Part shown: positions 27,503-35,386 of the stretch, in pieces
Numbering within the stretch: position 1 is the first letter of the stretch
Layout of the letters: each line of letters starts with the position of its first letter
Translations under genes and position numbers: made by a program
DNA from: Gemmatimonadota bacterium
GTDB lineage: Bacteria > Gemmatimonadota > Gemmatimonadetes > Gemmatimonadales > Gemmatimonadaceae
Direction of reading: 5' to 3'
Length of the DNA: 64,000 nucleotides
NCBI GenBank assembly: GCA_040389905.1
Contig: JAZJZK010000009.1
Span: 50,280-114,279, forward strand
The notes under the pieces: model-generated
What the model was told of the DNA's origin: nothing
Databases searched by the model: none
What the model saw: the letters and a program-made list of their open reading frames with translations, nothing else

Positions 27503-30253
27503 GTGCGGATCGTCGAACCGGTTGCTCGCGTTTTTCAACCGCTACAGCGCAAACTGCCGCTATTGATCGCTGCGCTCCTCTGCGCCGTTGTCGTTGGATT
27601 TCTGTGGTTGGTGAACCGCGAGTTGAAGGGCGCGTTCGAATCTGCGGCGAGTCAACGCCTCAGCGTCGCCGCGCAGCGACTTGCCAGCATGTTCTCGGAG
27701 TCGAGCGGTGCGCTCCGTGGCGAGATGCGCCGCCTGGTGTCCGATAGTGCGATCACGGCGCTCATGACGAAGCAAGATGCATCGTCCATCACCGCTGCGA
27801 CCGCACTCCTCGTACAACGCCGCCCGAATGCCGGCGCCCCTCCTTCGCGCGCGATCTGGACGCGTGACTGCCGGTTGCTCGTATCGACGGGAGAGTTCAA
27901 GGGCACGTCACTGCTCGAAACGTGTCCCAGGGAGTCGCCACTCGTCGATCATTCGCCGGCGCAGGGAAATGACTGGGTGCACCCGATGGGCGCCTTTGGC
28001 AAGACGATGGTGTATGCGACCGTCGTTCCCATCGAGGGCGCGGCGCACGATACCCTGGGGCATCTCGTGCAGCTTCGCACCCTCACCGGCGCGGCAACGA
28101 CGCAGTTGTTGAGCAGTATGCTCGGCAAGGACGCGACGCTCCTCTTTGGAAACGCACGCGGCCCCGTTTTCTGGACGGATTTGTCCAAGCCGACCGACGG
28201 TCCGCCGCGCTCCATTCCGCCGGGCATCGCGACGCACTACACGGGAAAGGACGGCGTCGAGCAGTTCGGCGTGGCGCAGACCATCGCCTCCACGCCGTGG
28301 ACGCTCTGGGTGCAGATGCCCGTGGCCACGGTCGCCGCGAGCCAGGTGGACGTGCTCCGCCAGCTCGCCTACATCGCACTCGTCTGCATTATCATCGGCG
28401 TACTGGGGGCGTGGGCGTTGAGCCACCACGTCACGCGCCCAATCCTCGAGCTCAAGCGGGCGGCGGAAGACCTCGCCGGCGGCGACTATTCGCGCCGAGT
28501 GGACGTCACGCGGAATGACGAGCTGGGAATGCTCATGACGTCGTTCAACAGAATGGCGGAGCAAGTCCAGGCCGGCAACGAAGAACTGAGCGCCCAAACC
28601 GAGGAACTGGAGCACCACTTCACCGAAGCACAGGACCTCGCGCGCCAACTGGAGATGTCCAACCAGGAGCTCATCGAGTCCGCTGAGCTCACGGAACGTG
28701 CGCATCACGAGCGCGAGCTCGCGCAGTCGTTGCTCGATGAGGTGATCAATCGCGCGCCGGTCGGCATCGCGGTGTTCGACGCGCAGCTGCGATATGTGCG
28801 CCTCAATCCGGCCCTCGCCGCGATGAACGGCGTGTCCATCGAGGAGCACATCGGCCGCACCGCGTCCGCGGTCGTGCCGGAGTGGGGCAACTTTGCCGTC
28901 CCGCATTTGTCGAGCGTCATCCAAACCGGCGCAACGCTGGCCAACAAGGACGTGAACGACATCATGCTCGGCGGAAAGAAGCGGCATTGGCTCGCGAGCT
29001 ACTTCCCCGTCCGTGGCCACCGCGGTGAGGTGATCGGTGCCGGCGCGATGATCCTCGATACGACGCTGCATCATGAGCTCGAGGCGCAATTGCTCCAGGC
29101 GCAGAAGATGGATGCCGTCGGCCGTCTGGCTGGAGGCGTGGCACATGATTTCAACAACCTGCTCACCGTCATCAGCAGCTACAGCGAAATGGCGCTGGAG
29201 ACGCTCGCGCGGGAAGATCCCCTCTACGCCGACATGCAGGAGATTCGCAGCTCGGCGGAACGGGCATCGCGGCTCACGCGGCAATTGCTCGCGTTTAGCC
29301 GAAAGCAGGTCATGCAGCCACAGGTGCTCGACCTCAACCGCGTGGCCACCGAGATGGAGCGCATGCTGCGTCGCCTGATCGGCGAAGATGTGATGCTCCT
29401 GCTCGACCTCGCGCCCAAGCTCGGCGAGGTGTGTGCGGATCCGGGCCAGATCGAGCAGGTCCTGATGAATCTCGTGCTCAACGCGCGCGACGCGATGCCG
29501 GAGGGCGGACGCCTGGTAATCGGTACGTCGAACCTCAGCCTGACGTCGGACCTCGCACTCGATGCGGAAACGTTACCGGCCGGCGAGTACGTGACGCTGA
29601 GCGTGGACGATTCGGGCACCGGGATGACCGACGAGACGAAAGGGCATCTCTTCGAGCCGTTCTTCACCACCAAGGCAACCGGTCAGGGAACTGGCCTTGG
29701 GCTGTCGACGGTGTACGGCATCGTGAAACAGTCCGGGGGAGACGTCGTGGTCCGCTCGTCGCCCGGGAAGGGCTCGAACTTCATGATCTATCTCCCGCGA
29801 CACAAGCGTCAAGCCAATCGCACCCCGCTCAACGGCAACAAGCCGGCAGGTGCGTACGGTGGATCGGAGACGATTCTCCTCGTCGAAGACGATGCCGCGC
29901 TCCGCAATCTCGCCCGACGCATCCTCAAGTCTGCGGGCTACACCGTGCTCGAGGCGCGAACGGCGAACACTGCCATCGAGCTCGGCACGAATCACGAAGG
30001 CATCATCCACTTGCTTCTGACGGATGTGGTCATGCCGCAGGCGAGCGGCCGAGAAGTCGGCGACCGCCTGTCCGTGCTGCGGCCAGATATTCGGGTGCTC
30101 TACATGTCCGGTTATACGGACGACGACGTCATGCGGCGCGGCGTTGTCTCCGCGAAAACGGAGTTTCTGCAAAAACCATTTACACCGGAAGAACTCATCC
30201 GTCGTATTCGCGAAGTACTCGACGCGAATATCGTCCACGCCGAGGCGGTGTAA
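27503..30253 (+). CDS. Hybrid sensor histidine kinase (2TM-HAMP-PAS-HisKA-HATPase-REC)
   Basis: [26 protein letters not shown] and receiver motifs [20 protein letters not shown]. Confidence 0.95.
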   Translation: MRIVEPVARVFQPLQRKLPLLIAALLCAVVVGFLWLVNRELKGAFESAASQRLSVAAQRLASMFSESSGALRGEMRRLVSDSAITALMTKQDASSITAATALLVQRRPNAGAPPSRAIWTRDCRLLVSTGEFKGTSLLETCPRESPLVDHSPAQGNDWVHPMGAFGKTMVYATVVPIEGAAHDTLGHLVQLRTLTGAATTQLLSSMLGKDATLLFGNARGPVFWTDLSKPTDGPPRSIPPGIATHYTGKDGVEQFGVAQTIASTPWTLWVQMPVATVAASQVDVLRQLAYIALVCIIIGVLGAWALSHHVTRPILELKRAAEDLAGGDYSRRVDVTRNDELGMLMTSFNRMAEQVQAGNEELSAQTEELEHHFTEAQDLARQLEMSNQELIESAELTERAHHERELAQSLLDEVINRAPVGIAVFDAQLRYVRLNPALAAMNGVSIEEHIGRTASAVVPEWGNFAVPHLSSVIQTGATLANKDVNDIMLGGKKRHWLASYFPVRGHRGEVIGAGAMILDTTLHHELEAQLLQAQKMDAVGRLAGGVAHDFNNLLTVISSYSEMALETLAREDPLYADMQEIRSSAERASRLTRQLLAFSRKQVMQPQVLDLNRVATEMERMLRRLIGEDVMLLLDLAPKLGEVCADPGQIEQVLMNLVLNARDAMPEGGRLVIGTSNLSLTSDLALDAETLPAGEYVTLSVDDSGTGMTDETKGHLFEPFFTTKATGQGTGLGLSTVYGIVKQSGGDVVVRSSPGKGSNFMIYLPRHKRQANRTPLNGNKPAGAYGGSETILLVEDDAALRNLARRILKSAGYTVLEARTANTAIELGTNHEGIIHLLLTDVVMPQASGREVGDRLSVLRPDIRVLYMSGYTDDDVMRRGVVSAKTEFLQKPFTPEELIRRIREVLDANIVHAEAV

Positions 30254-30270
30254 AAGGCAGAACAAGCCTC

Positions 30271-30345
30271 ACCACAGAGGACACAGAGGACACAGAGGAC
30301 AGCATCAACGCATTGAGTCTCTGTGACCTCTGTGTCCTCTGTGGT
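30271..30345. repeat. Palindromic element with a 9-bp periodic unit (ACACAGAGG)
   Basis: ACCACAGAGGACACAGAGGACACAGAG ... CTCTGTGACCTCTGTGTCCTCTGTGGT, lying between convergent genes. Confidence 0.8.
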
Positions 30346-30370
30346 TCAATCGGTTGCAGTTCACGCACGA

Positions 30371-30835
30371 TTACGGTGGTGGAGGCCCCCCGCGCGGCGG
30401 AGGACCGAACGGCGGTGGGCCATCTGGCGGCGGGCCACCACGACCGCCGCGACCGGGAGGGCCTCCCTGTCGGCCAAAGGGCGGCAACTCGCGGGTCGCG
30501 CGTGCGAGTCGATCGCGCTGATCAGCATCCAGGAGTGGGTCGAGTTCGGCACGCATGGAATCGATCGACGCGCGCAACTCGTCGTTGGTGCGCCGAATGA
30601 GGAGTTGATTGCGCTCCGCGGCGCGCTGGATGATCGGCCTGAGTTGTTCGGCCTGCGCGCCATCCCGCGGGTTGATGACCTCTTCGATATGCCGCGCGAG
30701 GCCAGGAGGGCGTCCCATCCCCCCAAGTCGCTCGCGACGCTGGCGGTCGAGCGACCCCGCGCCCGCCGCGCCGAGAACCATGCCGACCAACAGCGTAGCG
30801 CCGAGCAGGAGCGCCGACTTCGTGCCGGCCGTCAC
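30371..30835 (-). CDS. Periplasmic helical Spy/CpxP/ZraP-like protein
   Basis: N-terminal TM segment, Q...LR.I and LLDADQRDRL, Pro/Gly tail. Overlaps the anti-sigma stop. Confidence 0.6.
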   Translation of the reverse strand: MTAGTKSALLLGATLLVGMVLGAAGAGSLDRQRRERLGGMGRPPGLARHIEEVINPRDGAQAEQLRPIIQRAAERNQLLIRRTNDELRASIDSMRAELDPLLDADQRDRLARATRELPPFGRQGGPPGRGGRGGPPPDGPPPFGPPPRGGPPPP

Positions 30836-31173
30836 TGGAGCGACTCCGCGCCAAGCATGGCGCCGCTTCCGACCGCGGCCGCAATCGTCACCGGCTGAAG
30901 GCCGAGCGCCGCCGCGAAGGTAGAGTCAGACGACCCGCCCGCCGACCTCAGGTTCCACGCAATCAGCGCGATCGACGCGGCGAGCAGTGCGGGGAGCACG
31001 CGCACGGCTTGCCGGTTGAGCGAGGTCGCTACGGACTGACTCGTCGCGAGTCGATCGGCGGCAACCCGCGCCAGCACGCGATCAGCAAACCCCTCGCCGA
31101 AGCGAGGCGTTCCGATATCGTGCGCTTCGCTCACGAGTGTCTGCAGTGCGGAATCCATCTCCTGATCGTTCAT
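30832..31173 (-). CDS. Putative membrane anti-sigma factor
   Basis: Coupled (ATGA) to the ECF sigma. GFADRVLARV motif followed by a TM helix. Confidence 0.7.
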   Translation of the reverse strand: MNDQEMDSALQTLVSEAHDIGTPRFGEGFADRVLARVAADRLATSQSVATSLNRQAVRVLPALLAASIALIAWNLRSAGGSSDSTFAAALGLQPVTIAAAVGSGAMLGAESLQ

Positions 31174-31754
31174 CGATCCTCCGTGATTGCGCCGCTTCGC
31201 ATGTACGGCGCCAGCGTCACCTTCAATTCCTGCATCGCGCGTGAGAGGCGCGACAAGACCGTCCCCTCCGGGATTCCCAAAGCCTGTGCCGTTTCCTTCG
31301 TGGTAAGGTCTTGCAGGAGACGCAGCACGACGACCGGCTGATGCCTCGGGCCGAGCATCGCGACGGCGCGCCGCACCATCGAGCGACGCTCATCGCCATC
31401 ATCCAGCGCCACAGCCGGGACGGCCGCGTCTGGAACCGGTGTCTCCGCCTGGTCCCTGCTGATGAATCGCAGCGCTCCACGACGGCGGCTCTTGAGGGCA
31501 TTGAGTGAAAGATTCATCGCGATGCGCACCAGATACGTCTTGAGTGTGCTCTCTTCGCGGAAGCTGTCGAGCGCACGATGAAAGCGAATGAACGTCTCTT
31601 GTCCCACGTCGTCGGCATCATCGCCGCGACCGAGCATGCCAATCACCGTGGCTGCGACAACCGGTTCGTACCGGACGACGAGAAGGCGAAAGGCCTCATC
31701 ATCGCCCCGGCGCGCGCGTGCGATCAACCCGGCGTCGGTGTCGGTGTCGGTCAT
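31170..31754 (-). CDS. ECF RNA polymerase sigma factor
   Basis: GDDEAFRLLV, DDVGQETF, TYLVRIAMN and ETAQALGIPEGTVLSRLSRA. Confidence 0.95.
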   Translation of the reverse strand: MTDTDTDAGLIARARRGDDEAFRLLVVRYEPVVAATVIGMLGRGDDADDVGQETFIRFHRALDSFREESTLKTYLVRIAMNLSLNALKSRRRGALRFISRDQAETPVPDAAVPAVALDDGDERRSMVRRAVAMLGPRHQPVVVLRLLQDLTTKETAQALGIPEGTVLSRLSRAMQELKVTLAPYMRSGAITEDR

Positions 31755-31766
31755 GATCAGGAGTTG

Positions 31767-31831
31767 GACAACGCGACGTGACGATTCATTCCATTTGCGG
31801 GAAATGGAATGGAGTGCCAGCGATCGTTGTC
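31767..31831. promoter_or_regulatory. Two back-to-back identical ECF-type promoters
   Basis: AAATGGAATG-N13-CGTTGTC occurs on the plus strand (31802-31831) and on the minus strand (31796-31767), with different spacers. Confidence 0.75.
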
Positions 31832-31874
31832 AAAGCTCCGACCCCACCGTCACCGCACTACGGAGCACATTCAC

Positions 31875-32624
31875 ATGAATAACCATCGAGAAGTTTGTGC
31901 CGCAACACTCATCGCCATCGCGATCGGCGCGTGCAGCAGCGCCGCCGATGCCACTGGGGCGACCACGAGCGCCACGAACATACCCGCAGTGTACGCCAAG
32001 TTCACGAGTGACGTGCAGGTTACCGTCGAGGGAAACACGATTGTGCTCCGGTCGACCGGCGTACCGAATCACAAGAGTCCCTATTTCCCGACGACAGACG
32101 CTCGGTACGAAGCGTACAACGGGACGAACGCGAACTACGCAAAGGCGGGCAACAACTCCATCGTCAGCCAGAGCTACGTGTTTCGCATTCCGATGAATCC
32201 GACGAAGGCAGCGACGGCTGCCGCCACGCCACTCGGACCAATCGGTATCTCGCTCGCCGGTGTACCGTTCTTCAACCAATACAACGGGCAGAACCGGCCG
32301 TTGTCCGCGGAGATCGACAGCTTCGACCAGTACAACGGACATCCGACGCCGACCAACGAATATCACTATCACGTCGAGCCGCTCTACCTCACGAAGACCG
32401 TCGGGTCGAGCGTGCTGCTCGGTTTTCTCCTGGATGGCTTTCCGGTGTACGGTCCCGTGGAGAATGGCAAGCGGATGGTGAACGCTGACCTCGATGCCCT
32501 GCATGGGCACGTCGGCGTGACCGTGGATTACCCGAACGGGATCTACCACTACCATATCACGGACGCCGATCCGTATGTCAATGGCGCTGGCTTCTATGGT
32601 ACCGCCGGCACGGTGGGACGCTGA
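31875..32624 (+). CDS. YHYH-domain lipoprotein
   Basis: Lipobox IGAC. GVPNH, TPLGPIG..L.GVPFFN, GHP...EYHYH, DGFPVYGP and HGH...GIYHYH. Confidence 0.9.
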   Translation: MNNHREVCAATLIAIAIGACSSAADATGATTSATNIPAVYAKFTSDVQVTVEGNTIVLRSTGVPNHKSPYFPTTDARYEAYNGTNANYAKAGNNSIVSQSYVFRIPMNPTKAATAAATPLGPIGISLAGVPFFNQYNGQNRPLSAEIDSFDQYNGHPTPTNEYHYHVEPLYLTKTVGSSVLLGFLLDGFPVYGPVENGKRMVNADLDALHGHVGVTVDYPNGIYHYHITDADPYVNGAGFYGTAGTVGR

Positions 32625-32625
32625 C

Positions 32626-33066
32626 ATGCGTGCGACACTCTCTGGTCTGCTGTGCCTTGCACTCGCCGCGGCGGCGGCGCCGCACGCCGCTCTTCGCGCG
32701 ACGTCCGAACCGGATGAACTGCGCCGAGTCTGGCACGACAACGGGCAGCTCGCGGAGGAGCGCGGATTCGTGAAGGGCAGGGAAAATGGAACGCATCGCG
32801 GCTGGTGGCCATCCGGCGCCGTACACTTCACCTACGAGTACCGCGACGGAGTGCTCGATGGCGTGTCGCGTGAGTTCTATCCATCCGGGGCGCTGTGGCG
32901 CGCGCAGCACTACGCGCGCGGACACGAGGAGGGATTGCAGCGGCTTTTCTGGGAAGACGGTCGCGTCCGGGCAAGCTACGTCGTACGCGGGGGACGCCGA
33001 TTCGGACTCATGGGAGCGAAGGGGTGCGTCACACGTGCGGACAGTCTCGAGGCAGGCATTCTATGA
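32626..33066 (+). CDS. Exported MORN-variant repeat protein (YwqK-like)
   Basis: Repeats WHDNGQ..E, G...GWWPSG, DG..REFYPSG and EG...FWEDG. C-terminal G.KGC. Confidence 0.85.
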   Translation: MRATLSGLLCLALAAAAAPHAALRATSEPDELRRVWHDNGQLAEERGFVKGRENGTHRGWWPSGAVHFTYEYRDGVLDGVSREFYPSGALWRAQHYARGHEEGLQRLFWEDGRVRASYVVRGGRRFGLMGAKGCVTRADSLEAGIL

Positions 33067-33725
33067 AAGTTGCGCTCTTTGGAACACTGACGATGGGAGT
33101 CGTTGCCGCAGCCGCACTCGTGGCTGCGAGCGAGGCTCGGCGCGTCCCGTCGCTTCCGTACTACGCCGACGCGACGCTGACGCCGCACTGGGCATCGAGC
33201 CGACGCGAGTTGGACACCGCGCATACCGTCGGGGAGTTCTCGCTGTTCGACCAGACGGGGCACGCCATGAATCGCGCGGTCGTTGCCAATCACGTCTACG
33301 TCGCCAGCTTCTTCTACTCAACGTGCCGCACGCTCTGTCCCGCGCTGCGTACCGAGCTCGCCCGAGTGCACGACGCCTTCGCGAAGGACACGAACGTGTT
33401 GATTCTCTCGCACTCCGTGACGCCTGAGGCGGACGACGTCGGCCGACTGGCGCACTACGCCAGGGTGAATGGCATCGATGACCGGCGGTGGCGATTGTTG
33501 ACGGGATCGCGCTCGGAAGTGGAGCGACTCGCGCGGGAACGCTATTTCGTCGAACTATCCGACACGACCGGTAACACGGTTGGACGACTGCGACACACCG
33601 AAACGCTCGTGCTCATCGACGGCGACGGTCACATTCGCGGCGTCTACGACGGCTCGCTGGCATTCGAGGTGAATCAACTGATCAAGGATATTCGCGCCCT
33701 GCGCGCACCACCGAAATGGAACTGA
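33063..33725 (+). CDS. SCO1/SenC-family copper chaperone
   Basis: FFYSTCRTLCP (CxxxC), SVTPE.D, W.LLTG, conserved His in RHTET and LID..GHIRG.Y. Confidence 0.93.
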   Translation: MKVALFGTLTMGVVAAAALVAASEARRVPSLPYYADATLTPHWASSRRELDTAHTVGEFSLFDQTGHAMNRAVVANHVYVASFFYSTCRTLCPALRTELARVHDAFAKDTNVLILSHSVTPEADDVGRLAHYARVNGIDDRRWRLLTGSRSEVERLARERYFVELSDTTGNTVGRLRHTETLVLIDGDGHIRGVYDGSLAFEVNQLIKDIRALRAPPKWN

Positions 33726-33762
33726 TGTCCCCCACCGCTTACGTACCACTCTCTCGAGGAGG

Positions 33763-34413
33763 ATGAAGATGTCACGCATAGGAATTACACTCACGCTGGC
33801 AGCGGCATTGGCGGCCGGTCCGGTGCTCGCCGCGCAACCGGCGCCGGGCCAGGGTCCGCCACCAAACGGGCGAGGCATGGGACCGGGACGTCCTGGCCCA
33901 GGGCCAGGACCGGGGTTTGCCTCGGTGCTCCTGGCGCGAACGGGCGAGCTCAAGCTGACTGACCAACAGGTCACGCGTCTGGCCGGAATTGCGCGACAGG
34001 CATCGGAGCGCCACAAGGCAAACCAGGTGGCGCTGGATTCACTCCTCAACCAGGATGCGCGCGCGAGAGCCGACCGCCCGGAGGATCGCCCGGCCGGTCC
34101 GCCGCCTGCCGCGCGCGCGCTACTCGATCGGGTGCGCACGCAGGAACACAATGATCTGCGTGACGCGCTGGCAATTCTTACTCCCGAGCAGCTCGCGACG
34201 GCATTCGAGTTGTCCAGGGGAGGGCCCGGCGGCCGTCCTGGTCCGAACGGACCTGGTGGACCCGCTGGCGGGCAGCGCGGCATGCGGCCCGGGATGGCCG
34301 GACCAATGGGCCCGGGAGCAGGCCCGCGCGGCGGTTCGCCGAACGGCCCCCCGAATGGTCCGCCGAATGGAGGGGCGCAGCGCGCGCCGGGCGCTCGTCC
34401 GGGGCCGCCGTGA
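33763..34413 (+). CDS. Spy/CpxP-like LTxxQ periplasmic protein
   Basis: Signal peptide. ELKLTDQQ and ILTPEQ. Gly/Pro tails. Confidence 0.8.
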   Translation: MKMSRIGITLTLAAALAAGPVLAAQPAPGQGPPPNGRGMGPGRPGPGPGPGFASVLLARTGELKLTDQQVTRLAGIARQASERHKANQVALDSLLNQDARARADRPEDRPAGPPPAARALLDRVRTQEHNDLRDALAILTPEQLATAFELSRGGPGGRPGPNGPGGPAGGQRGMRPGMAGPMGPGAGPRGGSPNGPPNGPPNGGAQRAPGARPGPP

Positions 34414-34489
34414 CGTAACCCAAGGGAAGTCGCGGGATCTGCACTTTTCGCGAGGTGCGGATCCTTCGCTTCGCACGCTCGGGGTGACG
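34414..34489. repeat. REP-like palindromic element, degenerate copy 2
   Basis: GGATCTGCAC / GTGCGGATCC inner arms. Its GCTCGGGGTGAC end is identical to the one at 10459-10470. Confidence 0.6.
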
Positions 34490-34576
34490 ATGCAATGTGG
34501 AGTGGGGCGACGCCTTGCGTCTCCCACGATACTCGGACTCATGAGATTCGGGGATTGGGTCGATACTGGCTTCCTG

Positions 34577-35386
34577 ATGAACTGTCCGCCGGGTCGTCGA
34601 TCGCGCTGTCGAGCATGCATGCTTCTGCTCGGCGGCATGGCATTGTTTAGCCAGTCTGCGAGTGGCCAAGGGCGCGCGGTCCGCACACCCGTACGGCTTG
34701 AGGTCGCCGTTGAAGACGAAGCAGATCCGTGGTCTCGCAAGGACGGTAACGGCTACGCCAATGACATTGTGCGCGCGGCCTTCGCTGCGGCGAATGTCGA
34801 CGCCCACCTCGTGGTAACGCCGTACGCGCGATGTAAACAGATGGTGGTCCAGGGTTCGGTCGTTGCGTGTTTCAGCATGTCACCGTATCCGCGACAGAGC
34901 GACCACGTGATCTTCGCACCCAAGCCGCTCTTCGTCATTCACTCGGTGCTCATCGAGCGCGCAGACTCGACGGCCAGTGCGCCGAGCGCGGCAGGCAAGG
35001 CGGTTGCGAAACGAGTTGGCGTGGTGCGCGGATATGAGTACCCGGACCCAGTCTACCGCTTCGAAGCGAGTGGCGCCGCCGTATTTGACTACAGCGCGTC
35101 GGAAGCGATCAACCTGCGGAAACTCATGGCGCGCCGGTTGGACGCGGTCCTCGTGAACCTCGACAAGATGAAAACATTGCCGCACGTCCTTGCGCTGGCT
35201 GGCGTCACCGGAAAGGTCCGACGATCCATGGATTTTGGTGACATGCGCGCGTACCTCGGCTTCAGTCGTAAACACCCGCAGTCACAATGGGCGCTCGCAC
35301 GGTACACTGAAGGGCTCGCGCTCATCAGCGAAAACGGAGAGGCGGATCGGATTCGCGTCGAATGGGAGCGACGCGTGCCGAAGTGA
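34577..35386 (+). CDS. Periplasmic substrate-binding protein (family 3-like); start uncertain
   Basis: PWS..DG.GYA.DIV.AAF, PYARC, VGVVRGYEY, L.KL..RRLD and YLGFS. Confidence 0.75.
   Translation: MNCPPGRRSRCRACMLLLGGMALFSQSASGQGRAVRTPVRLEVAVEDEADPWSRKDGNGYANDIVRAAFAAANVDAHLVVTPYARCKQMVVQGSVVACFSMSPYPRQSDHVIFAPKPLFVIHSVLIERADSTASAPSAAGKAVAKRVGVVRGYEYPDPVYRFEASGAAVFDYSASEAINLRKLMARRLDAVLVNLDKMKTLPHVLALAGVTGKVRRSMDFGDMRAYLGFSRKHPQSQWALARYTEGLALISENGEADRIRVEWERRVPK

Noticed and set aside
30271..30345. Short tandem repeats as a possible mini-CRISPR
   Set aside because: The 9-bp units have no spacers, are arranged as an inverted repeat, and no cas genes are present.
32626..33066. Toxin-antitoxin interpretation of the YwqK-like gene
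   Set aside because: There is no adjacent toxin, and it is an exported MORN-repeat protein inside the YHYH-SCO operon.
33989..34576. N-terminal extension of the 465-aa ORF 33989-35386
   Set aside because: It overlaps the Spy-like gene and a REP-like element. Only the C-terminal SBP part looks like real protein.
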